Made by a program: the position numbers and the translations under genes
The notes under the pieces: generated by a model
What the model was told of the DNA's origin: nothing
The model's database searches: none
Seen by the model: only the letters and a program-made list of their open reading frames with translations
Shown: positions 59,395-64,000 of the stretch, piece after piece
Numbering within the stretch: the first letter of the stretch is position 1
Layout: each line of letters starts with the position of its first letter
Source of the DNA: Glycera tridactyla
Taxonomy: Eukaryota
Length of the DNA stretch: 64,000 bases
Assembly (NCBI GenBank): GCA_965644265.1
Contig: OZ286472.1
Span: 53,010,001 to 53,074,000, forward strand
Direction: 5' to 3'

Positions 59395-60187
59395 CAGGTT
59401 AGGGCCTGGCCTGTTATTCCAGTACGTACTGAAATCACAGGGCGTACTGGAATCACAGGATGGTGGGTGTACTGTAATCACAGGACGTACTGGGCTTTCA
59501 GTACACTGTGCTGTGATGAGTGGATTTTGAGTAAATAACCAAGTATGTCCAGAATTTTCCCTTACTGTTCTCGGGAACTGTGATCTTCATTGGCTGTAAA
59601 GTACTGACATGAAAACACAGTATTTTCGGGTTTAGGGAACACCAATATCGTTGCAATTGTGTGAGATGGAGCAGAATTATATACCATTGAAAATAGGCTA
59701 AAGGGTGTTATTCACGATCTCTGATGTCAAAATCACCTTGCCATTGCAAAACCACTTGGTGGATTTTTCTCAACTTGCACTTAAATTGTGAACATCTGCC
59801 TCCAAAATAGGCATGAATTTACAGTGAGCTCATCAATCAAAAATTTGTCAGGAGACATAAATGTGGCAAGATTTTATGATTTTTCATTTTTGCCTCCAAC
59901 TCCCAACTGCATATCTCACCTCCAAATTACCCAATTTCGATAAAAGTGGGCTCCTCAGAATCAGAAAATAGTCAGCTTTCGAACCAATATCTAGCAGTTT
60001 GTGGGATTTGGGAATAAATAGTGATTTTGAGGAAATATTTAGACCCATTCATGGTTGACTGATAGTCTAACCTCAGTGTCCTGGGATCCCAGGACGTACT
60101 GTAATCACAGTACACCTGCTGTCCTGTGATTTCAGTACGCCCTGTGATTTCAGGACGTACTGGAATAACAGGCCAGGACCTAACCTG
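59395..60187. mobile_element. 793-bp TIR element with 5-bp TSD TTGAA
   Basis: ~65-bp TIR CAGGTTAGG(G/T)CCTGGCCTGTTATTCCAGTACG...; subterminal GTACTG(A/T/G)AATCACAG repeats; TTGAA at 59390-94 and 60188-92. Confidence 0.88.
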
Positions 60188-61228
60188 TTGAAGAGTGATA
60201 TCCGTACCTTGAAGTACTTTGTGTCTTGCAGTAGAATCTATAGAAGTCATCAAGTTATTCCTTGCACATTTATCCCAAATTTTGAAGATTGGGTCCTTGC
60301 TTTTTCAGTGTATGGAGATAACAACAATGTCATGAAATCTGCTGGCCACTGATTTATACCACTGCATTCTGGTTACCAATGACTCTTAGTGTAGGGAGGA
60401 GGCTTCTAAATGAGTGCCAAGATGAGCCACTCACTCGCCCAATATACCATACCTATGACAGTGACCAAGGAAAGATGAGGCCTTCATAATCTGGCAGTGT
60501 ATCTTGACAGAAATAGATTGGCCAAAATGGTCAAGCAAAATTGTCCATAGATTTTTCATGTTTGACTTGAAAATTGCTTGTAGTATGTCACAGAATTGGC
60601 AACTACTGGCTGTTGTGCGTGATAATAAGCATGTACATGCACACTTGTCAGTTATCAATGCTCGCAGTGGTAAATAGGTGAGGTCACTGTAGATGTCTTC
60701 CAGTGATTTGAATACTGGACCTGATATACATCCATGCACACATATATCTTCCAATTGCATGCATTACCTTCATAATGTACATAGTGACATCACCCAGTAC
60801 TATTGATGCAGATGCAAAGGTAGGTTTCTGAGATCCATGCTGGAGAGAAGTGATTTATGTGTATTCACTGAAGTAATAACTAGGACATGTTTGTTTTAGA
60901 GAAAATCTGCATGTCAATGATGAGTTGCCTCCCTCAAAATGGGATGCAATAAAATCATTTCAACTTGGTGACATCAAGTCAGTACAGTTTGGTTGATTGC
61001 ATCACCACTAACCCATAGCTTGTGAAGAATTCATGAGGAGGATGCCAAGCTTTGCCTCAGTGAGATGTTTGATGTTCATTTCAAAATTTGTCATTAGACT
61101 TTGTGTGATGGATTGGCACATCTAAAATTTTCTGAGGAATGCCATCTGATCCCAGAATGCTCATCATTATCAAAGAGGGGGCTCTCAGACAATGTTCTAA
61201 TCACAGGATGCAGGTTGCCCAGGTGTGA

Positions 61229-61403
61229 CAGGGCTCTACGTTGCTACCAAATTTACCCTCTGGCTACCATATTTTGAATGTTGGGAGCCAGCTGACCCTA
61301 AAACTTTTGAGAGGTTGTGATAGGCAATGTATTGACTGACTTCCAAAATTTTAAACTGAGGAGCCTTCCAGCTCCTGAATATTTTTGCCAACATAGAGCC
61401 CTG
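61229..61403. mobile_element. 175-bp MITE with 5-bp TSD TGTGA
   Basis: TIR CAGGGCTCTA(C/T)GTTG; TGTGA at 61224-28 and 61404-08. A related partial copy starts at 17177. Confidence 0.85.
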
Positions 61404-64000
61404 TGTGATTTGTGAACATACATAGGGCTGAGTGTATAGCTAATATGTGGCAAATGCTTATTATGGGTAGATAATTTCATGTATGTGCAGATATATTGTG
61501 GGATTGGCTGGTTTGCATCCCACTTGATGAATGAAAACTATATTCAGTACACAGCTCAATGAGAATTTGTTTGAGGGAAAATATATTGAACAAAGTAGGA
61601 AAAATACATCCAAAATCCAACAATGAGCTGTAACATCATTACATGTATTTAAAAACTGCAAAAAAATATTCCAATATCGTGCTATTCACCCTCAGGCCTG
61701 TAACTGTATGTCCCAGAACTATAAGCCACATCGTTCTGAAATCCTTGGTTGCAGTATACTGTACCCAGGCTGTACTCTATCGTGCGAATAAACAGTTTGA
61801 ACAGTTTTGAAGATTTATATCATTTTCAAGTAAATATGAGTGTTTTTGCATTATAACTGCTCAAGATTTCTGTTTTAATGAACCCGCCCTGAATTGTTCA
61901 TATTTCGAATGTTTTTATGGAATTTCTTTACTCTGTCACTTGTCCAAAGTACACTGGTCAATACTGCAGCTTCATATGTACTTTGTAATATAGCTAGATG
62001 CATTATCATGATCTGTTCCTCGTTGACCTGGAGTTTGAACTGAATGATGTCATTCTGTATCCAAAGATCAGCCACTTGACCTGTATTCATCCATACAACT
62101 CTTTCATGTTAGCATTCATCATAAATGGCACAGTAGCCGTTGCCCGGGACATGGATTTCTAATGTTCAAAGTATTTGGATGTGATATTATATACTATACA
62201 ATATTAATGCAAAGATCCACCTATCTTGACAACTGTTCAATACATCTGTACCAGGAGCGGGCGATGTACATGTATCACTGTATTATGACCCTGTCCCTCG
62301 AATGAAATAAATATACATGTATGCATATTTTCTTTCCGTCACTGTGAGAATAATACAGAATTTCTATCGAACAAATGACATAATATTTTAGTTTATGGCT
62401 TTTCAGCTGGTGCTAGCCTGCATGATATTGACCAATCAGGGATCCCAGTGCCCAATAAAATCTGGAAAAGAACTCTGATATTTTGAAACTACACTGTTAA
62501 AAAGGCCCTTGAAAGTGTATTCGATTCTCATCAGTGGAAAATGCATTATAACTTGTTTTTGGCCCTAGGAAATCATTGGATTTTCGATGAAATATACACA
62601 TGTAATTGTCCATCATTTAAATTCATGCCCGTGGAGTATTTTCCAATTGAGGTACTGAAAATGAAAATCTAATCATGTAGCCCTTGGGATCATGATATTT
62701 TGTCCTGGAAAACTGATCATCCTAGCCCTCATGAGTTTTGGAAAATTTCTAGATTTTGTTTCTGCATCATGAATTGGCATTATGGCCAATATTCTTGCAA
62801 TCATGCATGACTGAGCCACCTGTGGTTTGTAGTCTTGTCAATTACAGGGTGACTACACATTTGTTCTTCAAGAGTACTCAATGTACCACAAAGGTGTATC
62901 ACAGTCAATCACCTAGAATGGCCTGAAAGTGTATTTCCTTGTCAGATACCTGCAGAACCACCACCTGGTATCAGTAGAAGGGAATCAGGCAGCAGCTGTG
63001 CATAGAGGGTCACCTGCATGATGACCATGATGTGTGTGTGTGTGTGGGGGGGGGGGGGGGTCATCTGGGTGTACATGTCACTCAGTACCAGCATGTACCA
63101 GCATATAGTGGACCCTCTTCTCTGGACACCACTGATTTCTGGGCCCATTACAGAATGGTGCTGTAATCTTGTGACACAGATTACACTGTCAGGACCTGTA
63201 CAAGGATATTAATTCACCGGCAGTCCTATTTCCATTGCCCTTAGATTTGGGTGTAACATAATAAAATGAGATCTGTTTGACCGCTGACATGTATGGAATG
63301 TTTTTTTTCCCATATCTGAATGAACATGGAGTGAAAATTCCCCCCCCCCCCCAAAAAAAAAAAAAGTGAGATAAAAATAAAATGATGTACTGCATCAAGC
63401 TGATGTCAAACCTGCTCAAGACAAACTCTGTACAATGGCCACTGCCTACAATGGCCACCTTGAGCTGTGACTGCAAATATACTTCCTACGTTGAACAAAC
63501 TTTCTATGTTCACCAAAAGCAACAAAAGGTGGTCGTAGTGGTTAGGTTAAATTGTATGTATCAGTCACCCTGCTTCACTTATGTTTGTTCACCCTCTTAG
63601 TGTCTAATCCAGAGGGGGCGTTGGGGCAAATGGCCCCATAGATCTGACAATACACCCTTTTTTCTGGATTGAGGGGTGCATTTCACCCCATCAGAAAGCC
63701 CAATTGATGCATAATTCACAGTGTCTATTCTGTTTCCTGGGTAGTGGTTTTCACCTGGTCACACTACCAAGCTTTTCCATTTTATTTGAAACATTGTGGC
63801 ATTGCTTGGGAAAAATCCCCCTCCCTCCAAGAACATTCCTTGAAACGCCCCTCTTTTTCAGAGAGGGGGCATTTACCCCTGGAGTCAATTTCTAGATTGG
63901 ACACTGCCCTGTCGAATTGGTGAGCCTGCTTGAATTTTCAAAAAATATTGTTGCCGAAAACCCAATTCCAGTCACACATTCATTTAGCATCCGATGTCTT

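Noticed and set aside
62950-63160. Two minus-strand exon-like segments (63160-63089, 63013-62950) with AG/GT ends
   Set aside because: Neither joined frame gives a recognisable protein, and no adjoining exons were found.
63400-63476. KVAIVGSG Rossmann-like exon on the minus strand
   Set aside because: It lacks the third Gly and is the reverse frame of a MITE family A remnant.
1-64000. tRNA, rRNA or snRNA genes
   Set aside because: No T-loop or cloverleaf pattern, or other recognisable RNA gene, was seen by eye; tRNAscan-SE/Infernal would be needed to exclude them.

Overview
Eukaryotic genomic DNA, AT-rich and intron-rich, probably from a bilaterian invertebrate (inference). Features: (1) The 3' 20 coding exons of a SHIP2/INPPL1-like inositol 5-phosphatase (+, 226-25419; the SH2-bearing 5' end lies outside the window). 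(2) A complete 3-exon MED11 (-, 48116-36581) with a C-terminal extension; its intron 2 holds a decayed full-length CR1/L2-type LINE and its intron 1 a Penelope fragment. (3) An apparently intact, very young 10,378-bp Ty3/Gypsy LTR retrotransposon (48980-59357), inserted 864 bp upstream of the MED11 ATG. It has 203-bp LTRs identical by eye, an ATAT TSD, a tRNA-Leu PBS and a PPT. (4) Many MITEs and non-autonomous DNA transposons, plus a 168-N gap. The standout is the Gypsy element. In the env position it carries a third ORF: two C2H2-type zinc fingers fused to a TatD-family nuclease with all catalytic motifs intact. Splice signals suggest expression from a spliced subgenomic RNA. Gag starts with a ComEA-like helix-hairpin-helix domain, gag-pol has a textbook -1 frameshift signal, and a CCGGCNGAGCTMG motif recurs 8 times in the 3' half. 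All calls were made by eye from the sequence; no database searches were run.
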